Below, in pieces: positions 9,534 through 19,798 of a DNA stretch of 64,000 nucleotides; the stretch's first letter is position 1, and the number at the start of each line of letters is the position of its first letter. The stretch is from a virus (Duplodnaviria; Caudoviricetes), in IMG/VR virus record IMGVR_UViG_3300024319_000502, positions 2,042-66,041 of that record. The stretch is one strand, 5' to 3'. The notes beneath the pieces are model-generated. The model was not told the DNA's origin. It searched no databases and saw only the letters and a program-made list of their open reading frames with translations. A program made the translations under genes and the position numbers.

Positions 9534-9538
9534 AAAAG

Positions 9539-10168
9539 ATGCACAGAATACATCGATATAGATGGCCAAATCACCCAATGGGTACATGCTTTATACGGCA
9601 GAGTGACCAATTGGTATACATCAACATTCCTAAAAATGCAACAGAATATACTAAACTGTTATTTGATGGCACTCTAACAAACTTCTACGAAAACGCTATA
9701 CCTGAAGACTATAGATATCTAATAGTGTTACGCAACCCAATTGAACGATGGTACAGTGGACTATGCGAATACGTCCAACGTTATACAACAATTAACTCAG
9801 ACAGCGATGTGTTTGATCAATTTGATACATTAAAAATATTAACTACTGCAGGTGCTAACGACGAGCATACTGAATTGCAATTACGCTTTATAGCCGGATT
9901 ACCGAGTAAGAATGCTATATTTTTTAATTTCGATAACAGTTTTACTACTAATCTAACAGATTGGTTTGATCAAAACAACGTAGCATATCCACAATCACTC
10001 AGTGGTAAGAAAAGAAATGTTACAGAACAACAGTGGGTTACCCTTAGAAACAGAATAAAAAAACATGTGGAAGGTAATACTGAATTACTTGAGTCACTGA
10101 ATGAATATTTAAAACTTGACATCAAGTTATATAATAGTGTACAATACTATATTAAAGGAGAAAAATGA
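9539..10168 (+). CDS. Sulfotransferase family protein
   Basis: YINIPKNATE (PAPS 5' loop) and VLRNPIERWYSG (3' PB motif); start chosen after the GGAG SD. Confidence 0.75.
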   Translation: MHRIHRYRWPNHPMGTCFIRQSDQLVYINIPKNATEYTKLLFDGTLTNFYENAIPEDYRYLIVLRNPIERWYSGLCEYVQRYTTINSDSDVFDQFDTLKILTTAGANDEHTELQLRFIAGLPSKNAIFFNFDNSFTTNLTDWFDQNNVAYPQSLSGKKRNVTEQQWVTLRNRIKKHVEGNTELLESLNEYLKLDIKLYNSVQYYIKGEK

Positions 10169-12822
10169 GTTACATAGACGCATATTTTGATAGGCAAGGA
10201 GATAAGATACACGTCGTAGAGCGTAAAAACGGTGAGCGTGTGTTTCAAACGTATCCTGCTGAATTTGTGTTTTACTATGAAGATCCAAAAGGCAAGCAAA
10301 AATCAATTCACGGAGATAAAGTAACTAGGTTTAAAACTCATAACTCAAAAGAGTTTCACAAAGAATTACGTATTAACAGCGATCGTAAACTGTTTGAAAG
10401 TGATATTAATCCTGTATTCCGCTGTTTAGCAAATAATTATATAGGACAAGACGCTCCTGAACTTAATGTAGCATTTTTTGATATTGAGGTAGACTTTGAT
10501 CCTGAGAGAGGATATTCAAGTCCAGCAGATCCATTTAATCCTATAACAGCTATATCAGTATATTGCACTTGGTTAAGCAAAATGGTTACTCTAGTACTAC
10601 CGCCTAAGTCAATGAGCAACGAAGAAGCTGAAGCAACCTGTGCAAAGTTTTCAGATACTTTCTTATTCAATAGTGAAGGGGAAATGCTACAAGCGTTCTT
10701 AGGAATAATAGAAGATGCTGATATATTGTCAGGGTGGAACTCAGAGGGGTATGATATACCATACTGTGTTAATCGCATTACTAGAGTGCTTAGTAAAGAC
10801 GACACACGCCGGTTCTGCTTATTTAAACAGCTACCTAAGAAGCGTACATTTGAACGCTTTGGTGCAGAGAACATTACATTTGATCTTATTGGTCGTGTGC
10901 ATATGGATTATATGCAACTGTACAGAAAGTATACATATGAAGAAAGACATAGTTATTCATTAGATGCTATTGGTGAGCATGAACTACAAGAACGTAAAAC
11001 ACCATATGAAGGTACACTGGATCAACTGTACAACAATGACTTTGAAACGTTTATTGAATACAATAGACAAGATACTTTACTGCTTAAAAAATTAGACGAT
11101 AAACTAAGATTCTTAGATCTAGCAAATGAACTAGCACACGCAAATACAGTGCTACTGCAAACAACAATGGGTGCTGTAGCTGTTACAGAACAAGCTATTA
11201 TTAATGAAGCTCATGAACGTGGCATGGTAGTTCCTAATAGACGAGAAAGACTAACTGATGAAGACACACAGGCCGCAGGTGCTTATGTAGCATTTCCGCA
11301 AAAAGGACTGCATGATTACATTGGATCCGTTGATATTAACTCACTATATCCAAGTGCTATTCGTGCATTAAACATGGGTAACGAAACTATCATTGGACAA
11401 CTACGTCCTATAATGACTGATAGATATATCAAAGAAAAACAAAGCAAAGGGAAATCATTTGCATCAGCATGGGAAGGACTGTTTGGATCATTAGAATATG
11501 AAGCAGTCATGGCAAAAGAAATAGGTACTGAAATAACTATTGATTGGAACACTGGTGAAGAAAGTGTACACTCAGGTGCTGATATATGGAAGATGATATT
11601 TGATAGCAACAGACCCTGGTTGCTGACTGCCAATGGTACAATATTTACTAATGAAGTAGAAGCTGTGGTTCCTGGCTTACTTAAACGATGGTATGCTGAA
11701 CGTAAAGAACTACAAGCAAAACTACGCAATGCAACAGACAAAAAAGAGATAGAGTTTTGGGATAAGCGACAGCTAGTTAAGAAGATTAACTTGAACTCAC
11801 TGTATGGTGCTATTCTTAATCCAGGTTGTAGATTCTTTGATAAACGTATTGGGCAATCAACTACGCTGACAGGTCGTGCTATTGCTAAACATATGGATGC
11901 ACATATCAATGAACTAATCACAGGTGAGTATGATCATACTGGTAAAGCAATTATATATGGCGATACAGATTCATGTTACTTTAGTGCATATCCGACATTG
12001 AAAGATGATATTGAAGCAGGTCGTATGGAATGGTCAAAAGATATTGCTATACAACTATATGATACAATATCAGATTCAGTAAATGACAGTTTTCCAGGCT
12101 TTATGGAAAAAGCATTTCATTGTCCCAAGGAGCAAGGTAGTATTATCAGAGGCGGTCGTGAGATTGTAGCATACAAAGGATTGTTTATTACTAAGAAACG
12201 CTATGCTGTTATGATATATGACAACGAAGGCAAGCGTTTAGATACTGAAGGTAAGCCAGGTAAAATTAAGGCTATGGGCTTAGATTTGAAACGTTCAGAT
12301 ACTCCGCCTGTTATTCAAAACTTTTTAAGTGACGTGTTGCATAATGTACTAACAGGTGCTGGCAAAGAACAAGTAACAGAACAAATCTTGCAATTCAAAC
12401 ATGAATTTAGAGAGCGTCCAGGATGGGAAAAGGGTACTCCTAAGCGTGTTAATAACTTAACAAAGTATACTAAAGAAGAAAAACGTTTAGGTAAAGCTAA
12501 CATGCCAGGGCACGTTAGAGCAGGTATGAATTGGAATACTATGCGTAGAATGAATTCAGACAAGTATAGTTTACAATGTATTGACGGTATGAAAATTATT
12601 GTATGTAAGTTAAAGTCAAATCCACTAGGTTGGACATCAATAGGATATCCTACAGATGAAACACACATACCACAATGGTTTAAGGAGTTACCGTTTGATA
12701 ACGAATTAATGGAAGCCACTATTGTTGACAACAAAGTCGACAACCTATTAGGTGGACTAGACTGGAACTTGGCGGCCGCAACACAGACTGCTAATACTTT
12801 TAATAACTTATTTGAATTTTAA
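10165..12822 (+). CDS. Family B DNA polymerase with 3'-5' exonuclease
   Basis: FFDIEVD (ExoI), GWNSEGYDIPY (ExoII), YNRQD (ExoIII), DINSLYPS, KINLNSLYG, YGDTDS, KKRY. Confidence 0.97.
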   Translation: MSYIDAYFDRQGDKIHVVERKNGERVFQTYPAEFVFYYEDPKGKQKSIHGDKVTRFKTHNSKEFHKELRINSDRKLFESDINPVFRCLANNYIGQDAPELNVAFFDIEVDFDPERGYSSPADPFNPITAISVYCTWLSKMVTLVLPPKSMSNEEAEATCAKFSDTFLFNSEGEMLQAFLGIIEDADILSGWNSEGYDIPYCVNRITRVLSKDDTRRFCLFKQLPKKRTFERFGAENITFDLIGRVHMDYMQLYRKYTYEERHSYSLDAIGEHELQERKTPYEGTLDQLYNNDFETFIEYNRQDTLLLKKLDDKLRFLDLANELAHANTVLLQTTMGAVAVTEQAIINEAHERGMVVPNRRERLTDEDTQAAGAYVAFPQKGLHDYIGSVDINSLYPSAIRALNMGNETIIGQLRPIMTDRYIKEKQSKGKSFASAWEGLFGSLEYEAVMAKEIGTEITIDWNTGEESVHSGADIWKMIFDSNRPWLLTANGTIFTNEVEAVVPGLLKRWYAERKELQAKLRNATDKKEIEFWDKRQLVKKINLNSLYGAILNPGCRFFDKRIGQSTTLTGRAIAKHMDAHINELITGEYDHTGKAIIYGDTDSCYFSAYPTLKDDIEAGRMEWSKDIAIQLYDTISDSVNDSFPGFMEKAFHCPKEQGSIIRGGREIVAYKGLFITKKRYAVMIYDNEGKRLDTEGKPGKIKAMGLDLKRSDTPPVIQNFLSDVLHNVLTGAGKEQVTEQILQFKHEFRERPGWEKGTPKRVNNLTKYTKEEKRLGKANMPGHVRAGMNWNTMRRMNSDKYSLQCIDGMKIIVCKLKSNPLGWTSIGYPTDETHIPQWFKELPFDNELMEATIVDNKVDNLLGGLDWNLAAATQTANTFNNLFEF

Positions 12823-12824
12823 TT

Positions 12825-13751
12825 ATGAAACTTAGTGATTTAGTAGCGTACAGAGACAAACTTAGAAAACACGATATCAATACCTTTACGTCAATGAACG
12901 ATCAAATATTTAATTTGTTACAGGCAGAGATTGAGGATCCAGACTATCTAGCATTGTTTACTGATCATCGTGACGGAATCATGCGTTCGTTAGATAAATT
13001 TAAAAGTGATCATTTAGACTATGATCATTCGCTTACTCAACGCATACACGAACAAGAAAAAGAATATCTACTTGATAGTGAAGCTAGATTCAATGAATGG
13101 TTTCACACAGAAGATATTGACACTAAAATTAATAGAAAACTTGAAATATCAGAGGATACAAGAGAGTATCTCTTGTCAAGAATTAAACGTTACACATTCT
13201 GGGATCAACCTGGACTACAAATATGTCCTAGTCATGGCGACTTAACTGAAGCAATGGTAAGTGCAGATCCTTTATATCTAATAGATTTTTCACAAGAATT
13301 AAACAACATAGCTATTAATAAATTTGGACCTAGGTATACTTCTAGATTAAGATCTTATGTTATGCCTGAGTTTAAAGAAAGTAATTTAATATTTGGACAG
13401 CTACCACAAGAACAACTTGGTGTTATTGTTGCTTATAACTTCTTTGATAACTTGTCAATGAATATGACACAACGCATGTTACGTGAAACATTTAATTTAC
13501 TGAAACCTGGAGGTAAAATGATTTTCACTTTCAATGACTGTGATTTACCTCACAATATTACTTTAGTAGAGCGTAAATTTAAATATTACACTCCTGGTAG
13601 ACTAGTAAAGCATCACTTAGAAAATATTGGATATACAATAATAAAACAGTTTAGAGAAACATATGGAATGGCTTGGTTTGAAGTTGAGAAACCTGGACAA
13701 ATAGAAAGAATCAAAGGATCACAGACATTAGCACAACCAAAAAGAAAATGA
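12825..13751 (+). CDS. Class I SAM-dependent methyltransferase-like protein
   Basis: C-terminal half has FNLLKPGGKMIFTFND; motif I is degenerate. Confidence 0.5.
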   Translation: MKLSDLVAYRDKLRKHDINTFTSMNDQIFNLLQAEIEDPDYLALFTDHRDGIMRSLDKFKSDHLDYDHSLTQRIHEQEKEYLLDSEARFNEWFHTEDIDTKINRKLEISEDTREYLLSRIKRYTFWDQPGLQICPSHGDLTEAMVSADPLYLIDFSQELNNIAINKFGPRYTSRLRSYVMPEFKESNLIFGQLPQEQLGVIVAYNFFDNLSMNMTQRMLRETFNLLKPGGKMIFTFNDCDLPHNITLVERKFKYYTPGRLVKHHLENIGYTIIKQFRETYGMAWFEVEKPGQIERIKGSQTLAQPKRK

Positions 13752-13842
13752 TTCAGTTTGGTAAAATAATTTTAGATAGAGTTGTTATCGATCTAAATAT
13801 CATGTATAATAAAAATATTAATATTAATCACGAGGGAAAACA

Positions 13843-14577
13843 ATGAGAGATCACTTATTAGATTTAGTAGAGCACACGTTTGATCTTGGCTTTATTGAAT
13901 TAGTCAAGGTAACAGGCACAGACAGTGAAACTACTATCGACGGATTAGCAGAGGACCGTTCAGTAGTTGTATCTGCAAAATTTAAACAGCCAGTATCAGA
14001 GTTTGTAGGTACATTTGGTATGCCTAACTTATCAAAGCTTAAAATACTATTAGGTATTCCAGAGTATAAAGAAAATGCACAGATTAGTGTACAACGTCAA
14101 GATAGAAACGGTGAACAGATTCCAACAGGCTTACACTTTGAAAATGCCGCAGGCGACTTTAAAAATGACTATAGATTTATGACTAGTGAGATTATTGCTG
14201 AGAAACTTAAAACAGTTAAGTTTAAAGGTGCTAATTGGAATGTAGATTTTGAACCTACTATTGCTGGCATACAGAGATTAAAGTTTCAAGCACAAGCAAA
14301 CGGTGAAGAAACTGTTATGACTGCTAAAACAGAGAACGGTGATTTAATGTTATACTTTGGTGATCATTCAACACACGCAGGTAACTTTGTATTTCAACCT
14401 TCAGTAGGCGGAACAGGACTTGCAAGAGCTTGGGCATGGCCAGTAAAACAGTTTATTAGTATCTTAGATCTAACAGGTGATAAAACTATTAAAATGAGTG
14501 ATGATGGTGCGGCAGAAATTACTGTTGATTCAGGTATTGCAGTTTACAATTATATATTACCAGCACAGAGCAAATAA
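13843..14577 (+). CDS. Probable DNA polymerase sliding clamp (gp45/PCNA-like)
   Basis: 244 aa, alternating beta/alpha pattern, C-terminal YNYILPA, near the polymerase. Inference from size, pattern and context. Confidence 0.55.
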   Translation: MRDHLLDLVEHTFDLGFIELVKVTGTDSETTIDGLAEDRSVVVSAKFKQPVSEFVGTFGMPNLSKLKILLGIPEYKENAQISVQRQDRNGEQIPTGLHFENAAGDFKNDYRFMTSEIIAEKLKTVKFKGANWNVDFEPTIAGIQRLKFQAQANGEETVMTAKTENGDLMLYFGDHSTHAGNFVFQPSVGGTGLARAWAWPVKQFISILDLTGDKTIKMSDDGAAEITVDSGIAVYNYILPAQSK

Positions 14578-16116
14578 ATGGCAAAGAGAGTAGAACACGA
14601 CGACTTAACAGCAAAACAGAATGACTATGCAGTATTTTTACCAGCATTAAGTTCTTTTTATGCAACATTTATAGGTAAACAAAGAGTAGCTAACGACTAT
14701 GTTGATCCTCTACGTATGCCTAAGAACTTACCAGATATGGAACATTTAAACTGGTTAAACAGTCAGGAAGGTGTGTTTACTTATAAATGGTCGCTATACT
14801 CTGCAGGACATGCTAACTTAGATGTTACTGTAGATGCACCCAAAGAAGATATGGTTAGAAAGAGAGAGCCAGGTGCTTGGGTATTAGGCGATAGTGGTGG
14901 CTTTCAGATTGGTAAAGGTGTATGGGAAGGTGATTGGAAAAATCCTAACTGTCCTAAAGCTAAAAAGAAACGTGAGCAGGTGCTTAAATGGATGGACACT
15001 TACATGGACTATGGTATGATATTAGATATACCAGCCTGGGTATGTCGTTCACCAGAAGGACGTAAAGCTACAAACATTAATAGCTATGAAGAAGCTGTGC
15101 AAGGAACTTATATCAACAATGATTACTTTATTAATAATCGTACAGGTGCATGTAAGTTCTTAAATGTATTACAAGGTGAGAATCACACAGAAGCTGAAGA
15201 TTGGTATCAACGCATGAAGAAATACTGTGACCCAACACAGTATCCAGACAATCATTTCAATGGTTGGTCAATGGGTGGGCAAAACATGTGTGATATACAT
15301 TTAATCTTACATAGACTAGTTACTATCATACATGATGGCTTACTTAAAGAAGGTGTTCAAGATTGGATGCACTTCCTAGGCACATCAAAGCTGGAGTGGG
15401 CTACACTATTAACTGACATACAGCGTAGTATTAGAAAGCATCATAATCCTAAATTTACAATATCATTTGATTGTGCATCACCGTTCCTTGCTACAGCAAA
15501 TGGGCAGATATACACTGATGTTGAAACACCAGACAGAGGCAAATGGACTTATAGAATGCAATCAACTGCTGATGACAAGAAGTATTCAACAGATACTAGA
15601 CAGTTTAGTCAAGGTGTACTAGCAGATGGATTTCATACTACATTTAACGATTCACCAATATCACGCAACTTAGAGATGAAAGATATTTGTATATACAAGC
15701 CAGGTGACCTAAATAAGAATGGTAAAGAAGGTAAAACATCATGGGATAGTTTTAGTTACGCACTTATGATGGGACACAATGTTTGGCAACATCTTAATGC
15801 TGTACAAGAAGCTAATAGGCAGTATGATGCAGGACACTATCCTAAAATGTTAATACAAGAAACATTTGATACAGTAACATTTAGAGATGTATGTGAAGCT
15901 ATATTTTCAGCAGATACTAAAGAAGAATCAATGGCTATTATTGAGCATTATAGTAAGTTTTGGATGTCAATTATTGGCACTAGAGGAGCAACAGGTAAGA
16001 AGACTGTCAACGCAGGTACTATGTTTAATAATTTGTTTGATGTGTCAGAAGAAGAAGTAGTAGAAGATACATTAGACGAAGCAAAGTTAGATAAACTTGA
16101 AATGGAGGAATCATGA
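14578..16116 (+). CDS. TGT-fold transglycosylase, DpdA-like (7-deazaguanine insertion)
   Basis: TGT motifs in order: DSGGFQ, MILDIP, VLQG, SMGG, HFLG, SFDCASP. Confidence 0.85.
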   Translation: MAKRVEHDDLTAKQNDYAVFLPALSSFYATFIGKQRVANDYVDPLRMPKNLPDMEHLNWLNSQEGVFTYKWSLYSAGHANLDVTVDAPKEDMVRKREPGAWVLGDSGGFQIGKGVWEGDWKNPNCPKAKKKREQVLKWMDTYMDYGMILDIPAWVCRSPEGRKATNINSYEEAVQGTYINNDYFINNRTGACKFLNVLQGENHTEAEDWYQRMKKYCDPTQYPDNHFNGWSMGGQNMCDIHLILHRLVTIIHDGLLKEGVQDWMHFLGTSKLEWATLLTDIQRSIRKHHNPKFTISFDCASPFLATANGQIYTDVETPDRGKWTYRMQSTADDKKYSTDTRQFSQGVLADGFHTTFNDSPISRNLEMKDICIYKPGDLNKNGKEGKTSWDSFSYALMMGHNVWQHLNAVQEANRQYDAGHYPKMLIQETFDTVTFRDVCEAIFSADTKEESMAIIEHYSKFWMSIIGTRGATGKKTVNAGTMFNNLFDVSEEEVVEDTLDEAKLDKLEMEES

Positions 16117-16298
16117 GTCAATTTGATCATTTACAAGCATTAAAGGATAAACATCGAGATTTAGATAAACAGTGTAGCTTAGGATACAGTAACTATCTAA
16201 ACGATACTGATTTAAACAAAATGAAAATGGATAAAGCACGGACAAAAGCAGAAATACAAAAGTTAGAGCAAGAGCTTGACATTAAATCTGAAAGCTAG
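16113..16298 (+). CDS. DUF465/YdcH-like small coiled-coil protein
   Basis: HLQALKDKHRDLDKQ...KMKMDKARTKAEI pattern. Confidence 0.6.
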   Translation: MSQFDHLQALKDKHRDLDKQCSLGYSNYLNDTDLNKMKMDKARTKAEIQKLEQELDIKSES

Positions 16299-16304
16299 TA
16301 TAAT
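16276..16304 (+). promoter_or_regulatory. Sigma70-type promoter
   Basis: TTGACA-17-TATAAT, 6 nt before ATG 16311. Confidence 0.8.
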
Positions 16305-16310
16305 ATCATT

Positions 16311-16838
16311 ATGAAAAGAGATTACTCAACAGGCAGTGCAACAGACGTAAAATATTTTGTGGGTGATGAAATAGAGCATACACCAGCATTTAATTTACGC
16401 ACACTGTTTGTTGTTGGAGTTATGGCTCCGGAGCAAATCACCGATATCGCCACAAAACATGAATGCGATCATGTGTACTTCGGAGCCAATCAATCATTTG
16501 ATGGAGAGAACATTGGTGAGTGGGTACGTCAAATTGAACATGTCTTACGTTTAGGTTATAAAGTAACATTGGACTTAGACATTAAGCACGTTCAAAAGAA
16601 GTGTAAATGGTTAGAACAACTCAATGAGTTTGAAGGTTTCATAACACAGATATCAGTTAAACTACCTAACATTGAGCAGTATAACGATAACACTACTATT
16701 AAGATAGATGACGTAGACTTTAATGCAACTAATGACGGTGTGTGGTGTCATTCATTGGACAAATTAAAAAGTTATGATCAAATGACTATATGGTCAGAGT
16801 ATGGAAATGATGAAATTATAAAGGAAGAAACAGTATGA
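16311..16838 (+). CDS. Hypothetical protein in the deazaguanine cluster
   Basis: Clean ORF (FVGDEIEHTPA, HVYFGANQSF, GVWCH); no family recognised. Confidence 0.7.
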   Translation: MKRDYSTGSATDVKYFVGDEIEHTPAFNLRTLFVVGVMAPEQITDIATKHECDHVYFGANQSFDGENIGEWVRQIEHVLRLGYKVTLDLDIKHVQKKCKWLEQLNEFEGFITQISVKLPNIEQYNDNTTIKIDDVDFNATNDGVWCHSLDKLKSYDQMTIWSEYGNDEIIKEETV

Positions 16839-17023
16839 TAGTAGATAATCTAAAAGCAAAGTACGAAAATGAAATCAATATTGCAAAAACTAATATTAAA
16901 ATATTTCTAGCAAGTCCACAAGGTGTTGCAGAGCATATTGATTATTCAGAAACAGTAGAGAAAGAATTAGAAAAAATTGCACATGCACATGACATGTTAG
17001 AGGCATTAGATCACATATCATGA
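16835..17023 (+). CDS. Small hypothetical protein
   Basis: ATGA-coupled to both neighbours. Confidence 0.65.
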   Translation: MIVDNLKAKYENEINIAKTNIKIFLASPQGVAEHIDYSETVEKELEKIAHAHDMLEALDHIS

Positions 17024-17469
17024 GTGTAAATCAGGAGACTAGATCAGTGATAGATCGAAGAATGGAATCAGCTGAAAGACAGATTTGGGTAACTTTTCAA
17101 AGGGAAGGTATACACTGCTACCCTGCCGCAAATACTGATCCTAAGCTAAATACTAGTGATGAATACGATGTTAGTTTTTTAGCTCATCCTCATCGCCATA
17201 TATTTCATTTTAGAGTGGCTATTGATGTTTTTCACAACGATAGAGAAATTGAATTTATTCAATTTAAACGTTGGTTAAACAATTTATATTCTAACAGTAT
17301 ATTAGAGTTAGACTATAAAAGTTGCGAAATGATCGCTGACGATCTCTATCTGCATATTGCAGATAAGTACCCTGATAGAAAAGTTATTATTGAGGTATCG
17401 GAGGATGGAGAGAACGGTTGTGCGATCACGTACAACACTAGTAGACCAAGTCAGTCTGTTATAATCTAA
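17020..17469 (+). CDS. T-fold QueD paralog, DpdL-like (putative CDG decarboxylase)
   Basis: LAHPHRHIF matches LxxxHRHxF; also EFIQFK, SCEMIA, VSEDGENG; second QueD-type gene in the window. Confidence 0.7.
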   Translation: MSVNQETRSVIDRRMESAERQIWVTFQREGIHCYPAANTDPKLNTSDEYDVSFLAHPHRHIFHFRVAIDVFHNDREIEFIQFKRWLNNLYSNSILELDYKSCEMIADDLYLHIADKYPDRKVIIEVSEDGENGCAITYNTSRPSQSVII

Positions 17470-17509
17470 ATTAGATATATTTTATTAAATTTATTAACCA
17501 AGGACGATA

Positions 17510-17728
17510 ATGGCAAAATATCATTCTAGATTAGATATTACAGATATATTTAATGATTTGGAAAAACTAAAACTCTTTTGTAGAGACCATGGCTTTCGTT
17601 TCGACGAAAACGATCTATATAATCCGAAGACCTTTGTTTGGCAACAGTACATGAAGTGGAGTGCTGGTAAAAATTGTAGAAACAACTGGAAGGAATTTAA
17701 GTATAGACAGCATGGGCGACGACGATAA
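17510..17728 (+). CDS. Hypothetical protein
   Basis: ORF with AAGGA SD. Confidence 0.65.
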   Translation: MAKYHSRLDITDIFNDLEKLKLFCRDHGFRFDENDLYNPKTFVWQQYMKWSAGKNCRNNWKEFKYRQHGRRR

Positions 17729-18017
17729 CAGAGACGACTTTTTTGAAAACTTCGACGAGCCGGACTGGCTTAGCGATCACCCCTACGGATACCATCAGAC
17801 CTCACCCAATCACTCAGACGTTGAAACTTGGGTAATTGAAAAATCAATAGATGCACATAACGATCTAGACAAAAGTCGACGCATCGAAGCCAAACGTGAA
17901 CTTTACCTACTAAAATGTAAACTAGATCGTGTATACAATTCTTTACCAAGTCACCCTAAACAAGAACGTGAATGGGATAAGCAAGAAGTCCATCGTATTT
18001 TAAAAGAGGGAAAATGA
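17712..18017 (+). CDS. Hypothetical protein, paralog of 18014..18286
   Basis: KRELYLLK..L..VYNSLP...EREWDKQ aligns with KKELFEFI..L..IYEDLP...EVEWEKQ. Confidence 0.6.
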   Translation: MGDDDNRDDFFENFDEPDWLSDHPYGYHQTSPNHSDVETWVIEKSIDAHNDLDKSRRIEAKRELYLLKCKLDRVYNSLPSHPKQEREWDKQEVHRILKEGK

Positions 18018-18286
18018 GTCTTAGACCAAATTGGCTAAAGAAAATTGATCAACGATATAGCACAGATCATAACAAAGACATACAGCGATGGCTAAATCTA
18101 GTTGTAGCTGAAATTAATAATCCTTATACTTCACAAGACACATGTTTACAAATTAAAAAAGAACTGTTTGAGTTTATATGGCTACTTGGAGACATTTATG
18201 AAGATTTACCTAATTTTGGTGAGGATGAAGTTGAATGGGAAAAACAAAGGCTGTATAATAAGCTAAAAAAGAGGAATAACAAATGA
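18014..18286 (+). CDS. Hypothetical protein, paralog of 17712..18017
   Basis: Shared C-terminal motif with the preceding ORF. Confidence 0.65.
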   Translation: MSLRPNWLKKIDQRYSTDHNKDIQRWLNLVVAEINNPYTSQDTCLQIKKELFEFIWLLGDIYEDLPNFGEDEVEWEKQRLYNKLKKRNNK

Positions 18287-18453
18287 TAAACATGCAACCA
18301 AAAGATACAAGCCCTGGACACTTTTACACTAGTTTAGTTAAAAGTGTTTTGCGTATTATAGCAGGCTGTAGTTTGTTGTATGGTATGATATGGTTAGCAG
18401 GACTATTATTAATACTTGCAGAGATACTAGGAATAGTAGAGGAGATAGTATAA
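18283..18453 (+). CDS. Small membrane protein (56 aa, absent from the ORF track)
   Basis: MINMQPKDTSPGHFYTSLVKSVLRIIAG...LAEILGIVEEIV; GAGG SD; coupled to both neighbours. Confidence 0.7.
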   Translation: MINMQPKDTSPGHFYTSLVKSVLRIIAGCSLLYGMIWLAGLLLILAEILGIVEEIV

Positions 18454-18710
18454 TGGCTACAGATTTAAATACGCTTATTGATAACAAGATAGAACATCTG
18501 CGTAAACTAATGGAAAGTGATACGCATATACATAGACAAGACTACGTGATTGATTACATATACGACACAGAAAAATACTTTTCGTCAATGAACAGTAGAG
18601 ATAGGGAATATCTTGCTATTGCAAGAGCGGCCACTGAAAAAGGTTGGACTTGGAAGACCCAGGATAAAGAACGTGTGGTATTAGATGAAGATGACGGGTA
18701 CGCAGACTAA
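18453..18710 (+). CDS. Hypothetical protein
   Basis: Start reassigned to MATDLN after the GAGGAG SD. Confidence 0.65.
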   Translation: MATDLNTLIDNKIEHLRKLMESDTHIHRQDYVIDYIYDTEKYFSSMNSRDREYLAIARAATEKGWTWKTQDKERVVLDEDDGYAD

Positions 18711-19798
18711 TGGCTAACGTATTTCTAGTAGACTTAGAAGCAGTTGAATCCAGATACACTGGACAATGGAAAACTCACGTACCTAAACTATTAAAAGATG
18801 CTGGACACAATGTCACAGTTATTGAAGGACCTAGTGATATTCCCAATGCCACTACTCCTGGCGCTTTTCTTAACTTTGGTGGTACTAACATATACAAGGC
18901 TAGACAAGTTGAGGAACTCAGTCGCTTGTTCACTAGCGGTAAAATACACAGTGGGGATCACGTTATCTTTACTGACGCTTGGCATCCTGGTATCATTAAC
19001 TTAAAGTATATGAGTGAGTTACTTCAAATAAAAGTAACTATTCACGCACTATGGCACGCTGGATCATATGACCCACAAGACTTCTTAGGTAGACTGATAG
19101 GTGATGCTAATTGGGTAAGACACACTGAACACGCTTTCTTTGAATCAATTGATCATAACTACTTTGCTACAGACTTTCATATTGATATGTTCTGCGAGAA
19201 CTTGTTAGGTATGGATCTTGCTAAAGAAAGAGATGGGCAACTAGCTATATGGAAGTATCGTAAAAAGATTGTACGCACAGGTTGGCCAATGGAGTATATG
19301 AGTGACACGCTTACTCTGTACAAGAATATGGAAAAGAAAGATATTATATTATTTCCTCATAGAATAGCACCTGAGAAACAAGTAGAAATATTTAAAGACC
19401 TGGCAACAGTTATGCCCGAGTATGAATGGATAGTATGTCAGGAACAAGAGCTAACTAAAAATGAATATCACAACTTACTAGGTGAAGCTAAGGTAGTATG
19501 GTCAGCAAACTTACAAGAAACACTAGGCATTAGTTGGTATGAGGGTGCAGTAGTTGATGCTATACCTCTAGTTCCAGATAGACTAAGTTATTCAGAAATG
19601 GGTCTTGAAGAGTTTAAATATCCATCAGAGTGGACTGAATCATTTGACGCATACAAGCAACACAAAGATGAAATCATCAAAAAGATTAAATGGGCAATGA
19701 GCCAACACTCAGCATACCAAACAAGATTGAAAGAGCAAGTTAAGTTTCTTGAAGATAACTTCTTTTCAGCAAGAGGCCTATTAGAGAATATAGAATGA
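18710..19798 (+). CDS. GT-B glycosyltransferase
   Basis: FPHRIAPEKQ and QETLGISWYEG (E-x7-E-like), PDRLSYSE. Confidence 0.8.
   Translation: MANVFLVDLEAVESRYTGQWKTHVPKLLKDAGHNVTVIEGPSDIPNATTPGAFLNFGGTNIYKARQVEELSRLFTSGKIHSGDHVIFTDAWHPGIINLKYMSELLQIKVTIHALWHAGSYDPQDFLGRLIGDANWVRHTEHAFFESIDHNYFATDFHIDMFCENLLGMDLAKERDGQLAIWKYRKKIVRTGWPMEYMSDTLTLYKNMEKKDIILFPHRIAPEKQVEIFKDLATVMPEYEWIVCQEQELTKNEYHNLLGEAKVVWSANLQETLGISWYEGAVVDAIPLVPDRLSYSEMGLEEFKYPSEWTESFDAYKQHKDEIIKKIKWAMSQHSAYQTRLKEQVKFLEDNFFSARGLLENIE

Noticed and set aside
10437-12743. Long minus-strand ORFs inside the polymerase gene
   Set aside because: Antisense shadows of a strongly coding frame; no motifs or SD.
10165-12822. Intein or intron in the polymerase
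   Set aside because: Continuous ORF of normal size; no intein terminal motifs or homing endonuclease seen.
14578-16116. Canonical tRNA-guanine transglycosylase (tgt)
   Set aside because: No C-terminal CxCxxC zinc site is seen, and the context (clamp, polymerase, DpdL-like gene) favours a DNA-acting enzyme; not formally excluded.
18390-18452. N-terminal extension of ORF 18390..18710 given in the track
   Set aside because: The region is occupied by a better 56 aa membrane ORF in another frame; the SD supports a start at 18453.
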